Source of the DNA: Bdellovibrionales bacterium
GTDB taxonomy: Bacteria; Bdellovibrionota; Bdellovibrionia; Bdellovibrionales; JAGQZY01
Direction: 5' to 3'
Length of the DNA stretch: 64,000 nt
NCBI GenBank assembly: GCA_964230645.1
Contig: CAXRHT010000003.1
Coordinates: 576,001-640,000 of the forward strand
Positions 1 to 7,787 of the stretch are shown in pieces. The translations under genes were made by a program, and so were the position numbers. The first letter of the stretch is position 1. Every line of letters starts with the position of its first letter. Below the pieces are notes generated by a model. It worked only from the letters and a program-made list of their open reading frames with translations, was not told where the DNA came from and made no database searches.

Positions 1-1022
1 AGGGAACCTCTTCGGCTGATGCTGGCGCTAACACAGTGCTTGTAGCGAGTAATATGGGGGTCACCAGTATCCAAGAGCACGGAACAGCAAGTTCCTCGAC
101 CAGTAAAAATTACGCCTCTCTAGGTAGTGGAGCGAACGCTTTCGCTGGTGCCCTCAGACTCTCCGGGTCCAATGGATATGTTTCCCTCAATGATGGTGGT
201 GGTTTAACAGACACCATCAGTGTGGAGATGTGGTTCCGTCCTCAAGGAAACCCTGCCGGTCAGGTTCTTTTTGAAAAAGGTTCGGGTGTTGATGGAGCGA
301 TTTCATTGGAGTTTGATGGTAGTGGTTACCTGACTTTTACTGTTCAGCACAACTCAATGAACTATAGTGTTTCTTCATCGACAAACACTTGGGCCACAGG
401 CGAGTGGAAACATGTGGCAGCCGTTCTAGATCCCTCCGGAATAGCTCTCTGGATTGATGGGGCCGATCAGGACGTGAATACCTCCATGAATTTTGCCTCA
501 CCTGTCTTTAGCCTAAGTTCTGCCACAGCCACGGTGGGTGCCGCGGCAGCGAGTGGCTATTTTAATGGGTTCATCGATGAATTAAGAGTCTCAAGTAATG
601 TTAGGTACTCTACAGCGAGTTTTACTGTTCCGAATAGTGCTTTCTTTAACGACGGATCCACAGAACATCTCCTTCATTTCAATGAAGCCTCAGGCACTAC
701 AGCTAACTACAGTGACTCAGGCGCGCAGGTAAACGGCTCCATAAGCGGTGATGCCTTTTTTACGACACCTCTTTATGCCGGATCATCCGATCAAATATTC
801 AATATTGATAGCGTTGTCGGTGGGGGACGGGTGAACCTGCAATTGGTTACACCTTCAGGCTGGATGGACTTAATGGATTTACAATCGACAAGTCCTTATG
901 AGCAGTCTGCAGACACTGGAGTTTCACCATTGGATGTTAAGATCTATCAAGTAGACTCTGCCACCAATAATGATAGCATCCTTGGTCTCGATGGTGCCGG
1001 GGTTCAGTTAAGAAGAAGATAA
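1..1022 (+). CDS. LamG-like jellyroll domain protein (3' end of a larger, probably exported or surface protein; 5' end outside window)
   Basis: Frame is open back to the window edge. LamG-type motifs: TISVEMWFRP, GEWKHVAAV, LWIDG, FNGFIDELRVS, HLLHFNE. Ser/Gly/Thr-rich. Confidence 0.75.
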   Translation, partial: GTSSADAGANTVLVASNMGVTSIQEHGTASSSTSKNYASLGSGANAFAGALRLSGSNGYVSLNDGGGLTDTISVEMWFRPQGNPAGQVLFEKGSGVDGAISLEFDGSGYLTFTVQHNSMNYSVSSSTNTWATGEWKHVAAVLDPSGIALWIDGADQDVNTSMNFASPVFSLSSATATVGAAAASGYFNGFIDELRVSSNVRYSTASFTVPNSAFFNDGSTEHLLHFNEASGTTANYSDSGAQVNGSISGDAFFTTPLYAGSSDQIFNIDSVVGGGRVNLQLVTPSGWMDLMDLQSTSPYEQSADTGVSPLDVKIYQVDSATNNDSILGLDGAGVQLRRR

Positions 1023-1030
1023 CAAGTAGA

Positions 1031-1744
1031 TTATTTATCTGTCTTTTTTTCCTCAGTCACTTTTTTGCTATCAATATATCCTGGAGCGACAATTTTGATA
1101 ACGACCCGTCGGTTTCTGGCTCTATTTTCTGGGAGAGGAACTCCATTTTCGTCCACGTTAGGCACGAGAGGTTTCGAGTCAGCAAATCCCACAGCATTAA
1201 TACGCGTGGGATCAAATCCGTATTTAATAAACTCTCTAACCACTCGAGAAGCTCTTACCGAAGAGAGCTCCCAGTTACTAGGAAAGCGCGCGGTGTTGAT
1301 GGGCACATCGTCAGTATGTCCTTCAATCACAATTTCGTCGTCATTGATATTGGCGCCAATAATCTCAGCAATAATTTTTAAAGCATTTTGCACTTGCTCT
1401 GTGAGGTCGGCACTGCCGGTTTCAAAAAGCAAACCGCTTTGGAAAGTGACTTCAAGTCCATTGCGAAGGGGTTGGATCGCCACATCTTGTAACAAGGGTG
1501 TTCGACTCTTTGCTGATTGAATTTCATTGGTAAGCTTTTTAAATGGAGCCACGTAGGAGCCTCCAAAAGACCGGGCGACACCTTCTTTGACCTTTTCTAC
1601 ATCTTCAGGAGTTCGGGACATGGCAAACGAATACATGAGCACAAAAAGCCCAAAAAGAAGAGTCATGAGATCGGCGTAGGAGATTAGCCAAATCTCTTCG
1701 GACTCCTCCGCCTCATGTTCGACTTGGAGTTCTTCTAAACCCAT
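1031..1744 (-). CDS. motB: MotB/PomB-type stator subunit
   Basis: TM WLISYADLMTLL with the conserved Asp; OmpA-like peptidoglycan-binding domain (IEGHTDD, NWELSSVRA, NRRVVI); start overlaps the motA stop (TAATG). Confidence 0.95.
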   Translation of the reverse strand: MGLEELQVEHEAEESEEIWLISYADLMTLLFGLFVLMYSFAMSRTPEDVEKVKEGVARSFGGSYVAPFKKLTNEIQSAKSRTPLLQDVAIQPLRNGLEVTFQSGLLFETGSADLTEQVQNALKIIAEIIGANINDDEIVIEGHTDDVPINTARFPSNWELSSVRASRVVREFIKYGFDPTRINAVGFADSKPLVPNVDENGVPLPENRARNRRVVIKIVAPGYIDSKKVTEEKKTDK

Positions 1745-2544
1745 TAGGCAGCCCCTTTGAAATCAACCTTTTTCCAGTCCACTCGCTCATTGGGGAGTAA
1801 GTAGGAGTTGAGTTCTTCGGCCAGAAGGATCTTATTCTTCTTCTGAGAAATAAGCATGATACCTTCAACAATAATTTTATTTTTGGTTTGGATTTCTTTA
1901 GCACTGTCCATCAGGTTTTCCGCAATAGGCAAGATGAAAAGATTGGCAAAAGCAATCCCGTAAAGAGTGGCCACCATCGCAACGGCCATAGCCGGTCCGA
2001 CTTCTTGCTCGGCACCCGGTTGTCCAAGAGTTTGCAGCAACGCAATCATACCAAGAACAGCTCCCATAAGGCCCATGGCCGGTGGGAACTTTCCTAGAGA
2101 CTTAAATTTCTTGGCATCCTCGTTGTAGCGAAAATGAATGGTTTGAACACGCAAAGTTAAAATATGTCTTAATTCTTCTTGGTTGAGGTAGTTATCCTCC
2201 AGAAGTTCCATGGCTTCATGGATAAAGTGGTCATCGATATTGTCCATAACCGCCTTAAGTGGGGCTTTACCTTTTTTATAAGCTTCTGCAATATCCATTA
2301 AATCTTTAATAATGGGGACAAACTCGATTTTTTTATTAAAGAAAACTCGGTACATGAAAACTTTGAGCATCATAAAAATACGATCCAATTGGAAAGAAAT
2401 GGCTGCTACAGCCATGGTTCCTCCGAAAACGATCAGTGCCGCATGCCCGTCGATGAAGGCACTGGTATTATCTGTTGAAGTAAAAACTCCAAAGATAAAA
2501 ACCAAGGCGGCAAGTGAGAATGCAAGTAACGAGTAAATATTCAT
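1744..2544 (-). CDS. motA: MotA/PomA-type stator subunit
   Basis: Four TM segments; IVFGGT, PAMGLMGAVLG and GPAMAVAMVATLYG signatures. Confidence 0.95.
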   Translation of the reverse strand: MNIYSLLAFSLAALVFIFGVFTSTDNTSAFIDGHAALIVFGGTMAVAAISFQLDRIFMMLKVFMYRVFFNKKIEFVPIIKDLMDIAEAYKKGKAPLKAVMDNIDDHFIHEAMELLEDNYLNQEELRHILTLRVQTIHFRYNEDAKKFKSLGKFPPAMGLMGAVLGMIALLQTLGQPGAEQEVGPAMAVAMVATLYGIAFANLFILPIAENLMDSAKEIQTKNKIIVEGIMLISQKKNKILLAEELNSYLLPNERVDWKKVDFKGAA

Positions 2545-2553
2545 TAATAATCC

Positions 2554-3144
2554 TTAAAAATATCCTACAACACCAATCATCCCTCTGATGATTGTACTAT
2601 CCACAGAAACTGAGGAAACGGAATAGCCTTTTGCTCCCATGAGGTTAAGACTGACTCCAAAGCTATTCGAAAATTGATAAATGGCGCCACCACCCAGCCC
2701 TAGCTCAACAATGGTACTTTGAACGGAAAGAGACTGGGTCAAGGAGCGCACTTGTACTTGCGCGAGTCCCAAGCCATATTCCAAAAAATATCGAAGTTTG
2801 GGACGTTGGGAAAAATAAACACCGTCGCCCGAACTCTCCGAGGGGCGTCCTCGGCTAAAAAGATAAAATCGTTGTCCAATTCCCATGTAAATGTATTTAA
2901 ACTGCCCACTCGATTGATCCAGTGAAACTGTGGCCCTTGCAAGCAGAGAGCTTTTTGTTCCCACAAAGTACTCTCCTTCAAGTTCTAGAGAAGAAGCAAT
3001 GGAAAAAGAGCCCTCTTCGGCCCCAGAAAAACTACCCTGCACTAAGCCAGAGCGTAAATGTCCCTGAACATCAGAGACAGCCGCATGGCTAACCGAGGAA
3101 AGAAAAATAGATGAGATAAAAACTAGAGCAAATTTAAGAGGCAT
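2554..3144 (-). CDS. Small outer-membrane beta-barrel protein
   Basis: ATG at 3144 with GGAG RBS; signal peptide ending SHA-A; alternating amphipathic beta-strands; C-terminal ...GVVGYF typical of a BAM beta-signal. Confidence 0.75.
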   Translation of the reverse strand: MPLKFALVFISSIFLSSVSHAAVSDVQGHLRSGLVQGSFSGAEEGSFSIASSLELEGEYFVGTKSSLLARATVSLDQSSGQFKYIYMGIGQRFYLFSRGRPSESSGDGVYFSQRPKLRYFLEYGLGLAQVQVRSLTQSLSVQSTIVELGLGGGAIYQFSNSFGVSLNLMGAKGYSVSSVSVDSTIIRGMIGVVGYF

Positions 3145-5143
3145 TTTGTGCTCCCGCTTGTCGACTGACTTGTCTTTTAGCCCACTGATTAAGTATGGGG
3201 TGCACTTCATTTTGTAAAGCGTGATCTTCTCTTATACGTCTTCGAATGGAATCAATAAAACTTTGCCATGTCTTAGGGAAGTTTTGATACACCAAGTTTT
3301 TACGGTCTTCATTGGTTTCGATTTCGTCCATCTCAACCTCGATGATTTCGCGCAACTTCTTGTTACCAACACTTTCTAGTAGAAACTCTCTATTTTCTTG
3401 AGCTGCAAAAATTAACTCAGCCTGTTTTGCAAGACCTAGGGGTTGCAATGCTTTCTGAGCAATATGAACGGGAAGCTCTTCAATTAAAGCAGACGGGTAG
3501 AACTGTTCAGCAATTCTAATTAGAGCTTCATCATTACCTTTTTCGGCCACACTTTCAAACAGGGCCTCTTCTTTTTGGTAGCCTAGATCGCGAATCATCT
3601 CGGGAACTTTTTCTATAAAATTAGAAGATTGTGATTTCGTTTGTTTTCTATGTTCTAAAATGAGCTTTTCTAGTTTTAGGGCCGTGTACTTAAGTTTTTC
3701 ATCATCCATTTGGCTACTCAACTGAGCAATTTTGCGAATGGTATTATTGTCAATAAGACTTAAAATACGTGTGTACTGTAAAGTTGGCATCACTGAGGCT
3801 AATAGAGCGCCTGTGGCTGGTTCTTTTTGAATGCAATGCACACCTTCTTGGGGACTCATGCTGGCAATCAATTGCTTGGTTTTTTCTTCGATCTCAAGTT
3901 CCGGTTCAATAAGACTGCTCGAAAGTTTATGTTTAATTAATTGATCTAATTGAGCCAGAGGAAAAGCTTTTGTTTGTAAGCTGTTGACACGATTCCACTG
4001 TTTTCGATCGTCGGAGCTCAACAGATCAATAATTTTTTGAAGATCAGAGAGATCAATTTGATGGGGGAGTTCCACAATCAATGCTTTGGTTGCTTCATCA
4101 TCACTGTAAAGCCACTGTTTGATCAGGTAAGTGCTTCTCTCAGGCTTTTCATTTAGAAGGTGTTGGAACTGTTTAAATCCACTGATCGCGTCAGGATTGA
4201 GTTGATTTCTGTCTTCGGTAAATTCAGGACTTTCACTGGAACTCTCCTCAGTGAAGGTGTTTTCAGCCGTGGCTTGTTGAGACAGAGCCAGATTTTCGGC
4301 AGAACTTATGCGTTTTTCTTGGATCTTTATATAGCGTTTACTAATGATAAGTCCCATTAAGAACAAAATGATTGAAGAAAACAGCAAAGCAAGAGAATCC
4401 TTGAGTTCAGAGACCCACTCGAAGGTTCCCTTGGTTTCAACACTGGCAATATTTCTTTTTGAAGCGATATCAGTCTTTATTTTTTCAACTTGAGCATTGA
4501 GCTGACTCATTAGCTCTTTTTTCATATTTTCTTTGGTCGTAGCAGTCGTACCCATATTGAAGGCTTGAACACTAAGCTGGGCTTGAACGGGTAGGTGACC
4601 ATTAGTGATCTGTTGAATCACTCGCTCAGCGACGGCCTGGCGATCGGGCTCCACTCGGTTTTCATCGAGGAGAAGATCAATTTTGATTCGACCAATGAGT
4701 TCTGCAAAATTTCTAAGTCTTTTGAAAACACGTTTTTTAGGCTTGTTGATTTCCTCTTCTTGAGTGTTTTCCACTTCTTGTTTTGGAGCCGACCACACAC
4801 CCAGTTTGGAAAGAGGAATAAGTCCTTCTTCCCCATTGAATTCCGTTTGAATTTGGAGTCTCTCTTGTGGTTTTACAACAGTTTTCTCCGCTTTCTTAGT
4901 TGCTTCAACGGCGATTTCCTCTGGGGGAAGATTTTTAAGAAAGACAGACACATTTAAGACGTAGGAGTTTTCCTCGAGGATACTCCCTAAGGCACTTTTA
5001 ATTTTATGTTGGAGATTATTTTCATAATCCTGCCTTTGGGCTTCGAGTCCAGGCTGGTCAACAGAGATCACCTGCCGCTCAGGTGTCTGGGCCGATGCAG
5101 TAGGGAAGGTAAGAAGAAAAGACATTATCAAGGTCAACATCAT
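3134..5143 (-). CDS. FliF(RBM3)-FliG fusion-like rotor protein
   Basis: Signal peptide; aa~33-197 resemble FliF RBM3 (ENNLQHKIKSALGSILEENSYVLNVSVFL ... IGRIKIDLLLD ... QLSVQAF); TM aa 251-268; FliF C-tail-like LLNEKPERSTYLIKQWL; then FliG-N-, FliG-M- (SMSPQEGVHCIQKEPATGALLASVM) and FliG-C-like helices (EMIRDLGYQKEEALFESV...IQKALQ-like segment, KKLREIIEVEM). By-eye alignment only. Confidence 0.7.
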   Translation of the reverse strand: MMLTLIMSFLLTFPTASAQTPERQVISVDQPGLEAQRQDYENNLQHKIKSALGSILEENSYVLNVSVFLKNLPPEEIAVEATKKAEKTVVKPQERLQIQTEFNGEEGLIPLSKLGVWSAPKQEVENTQEEEINKPKKRVFKRLRNFAELIGRIKIDLLLDENRVEPDRQAVAERVIQQITNGHLPVQAQLSVQAFNMGTTATTKENMKKELMSQLNAQVEKIKTDIASKRNIASVETKGTFEWVSELKDSLALLFSSIILFLMGLIISKRYIKIQEKRISSAENLALSQQATAENTFTEESSSESPEFTEDRNQLNPDAISGFKQFQHLLNEKPERSTYLIKQWLYSDDEATKALIVELPHQIDLSDLQKIIDLLSSDDRKQWNRVNSLQTKAFPLAQLDQLIKHKLSSSLIEPELEIEEKTKQLIASMSPQEGVHCIQKEPATGALLASVMPTLQYTRILSLIDNNTIRKIAQLSSQMDDEKLKYTALKLEKLILEHRKQTKSQSSNFIEKVPEMIRDLGYQKEEALFESVAEKGNDEALIRIAEQFYPSALIEELPVHIAQKALQPLGLAKQAELIFAAQENREFLLESVGNKKLREIIEVEMDEIETNEDRKNLVYQNFPKTWQSFIDSIRRRIREDHALQNEVHPILNQWAKRQVSRQAGAQNAS

Positions 5144-5829
5144 TGGAAATTCTCCGCGGGTTGACGGCTGGTAAGTCCGAGCTTTTTTTCAAGGAAATTC
5201 TTTATATTCAATACTTCTACATTTTTAGGATTGGACCTTGCTGCTTTTCTAAAAGCATCCAAAGCTTTCTCATAATCCTTTTTCATAAAGGCGATACCAC
5301 CTCTAATTTCGTGAATTCCAGCAACTTCAGGAAAGCGTGCTTCGAGTTCATCCAATTTTCGAAGGGAATCATCTGTTCTGCCGACCTGAGCCAATCTTTG
5401 AGCCTCAAAGAGTTGGTCGATTAGGTAGTTTGTCTCTAGATTTCTTTTTTCATTGAGTTCTGCCAGAATACGACGTTGGGTTTCTGCCATATTGGGGTCC
5501 GTACCATTCACAAAACTTTCCACACTGGGAAGGTCAATTTCAAGTTTGATGTCAGATTGTGAATTGATGTCAGTGACCACCACTGATTTTGAGAGAAACC
5601 CATTTTTCTTTACATCGATAATGACAGTGTCAGCTCCTCCCGCCAGGTCACTGATGGTGGAAACATCCTGATTAATAGGAGTTTTGCCAATACTTTCAGC
5701 CTTTTTCGAACCTGAGGCCCTCACGAAAACTTCACTCTCACCTGGAGTGCTTGATACGTTCAGACGTCCAGTAGAGCAGGCAGCAAGGGAGAGAATAATT
5801 AATGTTTGAAAGAAAAACTGTTTCATCAA
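5140..5829 (-). CDS. Lipoprotein with PEGA-like beta domain and C-terminal TPR
   Basis: Lipobox LAAC; LNVSSTPGESEVFV...IGKTP (PEGA-like); TPR-like GGIAFMKKDYEKALDAFRKAARSNP; stop overlaps the next start (ATGA). Confidence 0.75.
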   Translation of the reverse strand: MMKQFFFQTLIILSLAACSTGRLNVSSTPGESEVFVRASGSKKAESIGKTPINQDVSTISDLAGGADTVIIDVKKNGFLSKSVVVTDINSQSDIKLEIDLPSVESFVNGTDPNMAETQRRILAELNEKRNLETNYLIDQLFEAQRLAQVGRTDDSLRKLDELEARFPEVAGIHEIRGGIAFMKKDYEKALDAFRKAARSNPKNVEVLNIKNFLEKKLGLTSRQPAENFQ

Positions 5830-5834
5830 TAGAC

Positions 5835-5862
5835 ATAACGGTGCCTTTTTTACGAAACTTTA
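5835..5862 (-). promoter_or_regulatory. Putative sigma28 (FliA)-like promoter of the motor operon
   Basis: Minus strand TAAAGTTT-N12-ACCGTTAT versus consensus TAAAGTTT-N11-GCCGATAA; the -10 element sits only a few nt before the start codon. Confidence 0.35.
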
Positions 5863-5978
5863 TCAAAGTGGAACAAATCGCGACTTAAGTGCCGACTTAA
5901 AGTTATACACCGGACTAAAAAACAGTTTCCGGCTCTGATAGCAGGTCTTTAGAGGGAGGAAGGTATATATTAATAGAG

Positions 5979-7019
5979 ATGGGTGTCATGAGTGATTTGC
6001 CAAAAAAAGATCTCTTCGTGTTGGGTTTGTCCTCAACGATTTTTATTGCCTCCGTATTCTTTTTTTTAAAATTTGATTCCTATTTTTCAAGACCTCTAAT
6101 TCACCCAGAGGATGTCTTAGGTCGAGTGGTTTCAAAAAATGGAGGAGTCTTACGAAAAACTCCCGATCAATTTCAGTTTCTTGAAATTTTGGTCCAAGAT
6201 CCAGTAGGTAATGGCGATTCCGTTTTTACCCAAAAAGGGGCTCAGACGGTTATCGAACTTAATGATGATTCAAAAGTTCGCATTGGGCCGGAAAGCCTGG
6301 TTGTGATTCGAATGAAAAATGGTAAATACAACATTAGAATTGATCGCGGTGATGTCTCGGCCGATGTTAAACCCGGTTCGACCTTGGAGTTTCAAACTAA
6401 AAAGAGATCTGTTGAAGTTCATGGTAGCGGGGTGGAATCCCTATCCTTAAGTCTTGATGAGCAAGACAATTTGGAACTTAAAGATATGAAGTTGGCCGAA
6501 AGAAAGCTGAAAAAACATAGAAAACGCCAGCAATCCGATGTTTCCAAGGGGAGCCAACCAAGCTCTAAACAAAATAGAAGATCGGTTGCTGTAGAAATTC
6601 CACCCGAAATTTCCAAAGAATCCATTCTGCCCAAAAAATCAGTGCGAATTTTGTCGAGTCGTGAGGTACCGAAAATAAAAAAGCCTCAGGGAGCCAGGCT
6701 GCCGTACCCGGCTAACAATTCCATTCTGATGTATAAAACGGCTTCGAAATTTCAACTGGTTCCAAAGGAGAAATGCTATCAGAGGTGTGAGACGAAGGTA
6801 TGGGTCGATAAGCAACTTGTTTTTAACAAGACTTTAGAGCAAGACGGAGAGCCTATTTTCTTTATCAGCATTGATAGCCAACGAAAGTCACGTGTAAAAT
6901 GGGAGATACGGGACGGAAATGGTACTCCTGAAATGGGACATTTTCAGACTATGCCCTTTAACAAAGAAAACTTTGCCAGGGCTCTCAAAGAAAGAAAAAA
7001 CATAGAGGTTTTAGATTGA
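5979..7019 (+). CDS. FecR-domain membrane-anchored protein
   Basis: N-terminal TM; GNGDSVFTQKGAQTVIELNDDSKVRIGPESLVVI...IDRGDV is a FecR-type beta repeat; basic linker. Confidence 0.75.
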   Translation: MGVMSDLPKKDLFVLGLSSTIFIASVFFFLKFDSYFSRPLIHPEDVLGRVVSKNGGVLRKTPDQFQFLEILVQDPVGNGDSVFTQKGAQTVIELNDDSKVRIGPESLVVIRMKNGKYNIRIDRGDVSADVKPGSTLEFQTKKRSVEVHGSGVESLSLSLDEQDNLELKDMKLAERKLKKHRKRQQSDVSKGSQPSSKQNRRSVAVEIPPEISKESILPKKSVRILSSREVPKIKKPQGARLPYPANNSILMYKTASKFQLVPKEKCYQRCETKVWVDKQLVFNKTLEQDGEPIFFISIDSQRKSRVKWEIRDGNGTPEMGHFQTMPFNKENFARALKERKNIEVLD

Positions 7020-7771
7020 TACAACTAATAATAACAGCTCTCATCTGCTTAGCTAATTCATCTCTGTTAATATATTCTTTTGCCAACTTAGGCCCAATCT
7101 TTGTTGGTTACTTCTTTATCACCCAAGCTATTACAAGTTGGTTTTTAATCGACTCAATTATCGGCTATCAGTCTGACAAAGCTCAACTTCGCAAGCCCAT
7201 TGAAAATATCCATTTTAATAATGAAATGACCCATAAACCTGTGATTATACCGGCACAAGCTCAATCTCTACAAAGTGAAATAACTCCTTCAGTGGAGGAG
7301 ATCGACTACGAGTTGGATTCCATGGAGTTTTCAGCCAGCGATTTTGGCTCTTCGACAAGTTCAAATCTTATCTTTATCGAAAAATCGGTTTCTGATCCTT
7401 TCGCTAGTCAGCTCAACATGATTGACGAGGTGGTACAGAAATTTGATGCCAATAGAAAATCACTTTTAATTTCAAACCTACCTAAGAAAAATGGAGATTC
7501 CCCATCCTTATTTGATTTTCTTAATGGGTTAAGAAACATGGATGAAATTCTTTGTTCTAATATCTATGGCCAAGTTGATCTTATTCCCGATCTGGGAGAT
7601 TTGGATGAGATTCCAGCAAAAAAATTGGTCAATTACGTCAATCGACAACTGAAAAATTACGATCAGGTTGTGTTTTACCTTAAAAAAGTTGACCTAACTT
7701 TTGTTGAACATATTTTTGGTCGTGACCAAGACTCTTCTGAAGGGACTTTTGTCCCAGCTTCTTTGATGTAG
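7016..7771 (+). CDS. Membrane protein (2 TM) with a possibly degenerate MinD/FlhG-like C-terminal segment
   Basis: Two N-terminal hydrophobic helices; SLFDFLNGLRNMDEILCSNIYGQVDLIP resembles a MinD/FlhG/Wzc internal motif, but no Walker A is visible. Confidence 0.5.
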   Translation: MIQLIITALICLANSSLLIYSFANLGPIFVGYFFITQAITSWFLIDSIIGYQSDKAQLRKPIENIHFNNEMTHKPVIIPAQAQSLQSEITPSVEEIDYELDSMEFSASDFGSSTSSNLIFIEKSVSDPFASQLNMIDEVVQKFDANRKSLLISNLPKKNGDSPSLFDFLNGLRNMDEILCSNIYGQVDLIPDLGDLDEIPAKKLVNYVNRQLKNYDQVVFYLKKVDLTFVEHIFGRDQDSSEGTFVPASLM

Positions 7772-7787
7772 CATAAACTGTATTGGA

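Noticed and set aside
1031..2544. Zorya ZorAB or ExbBD/TolQR/AglRQS
   Set aside because: MotA lacks the long ZorA tail, MotB has a classical plug and OmpA-like domain, and no zorC/D/E or TonB-like gene is present.
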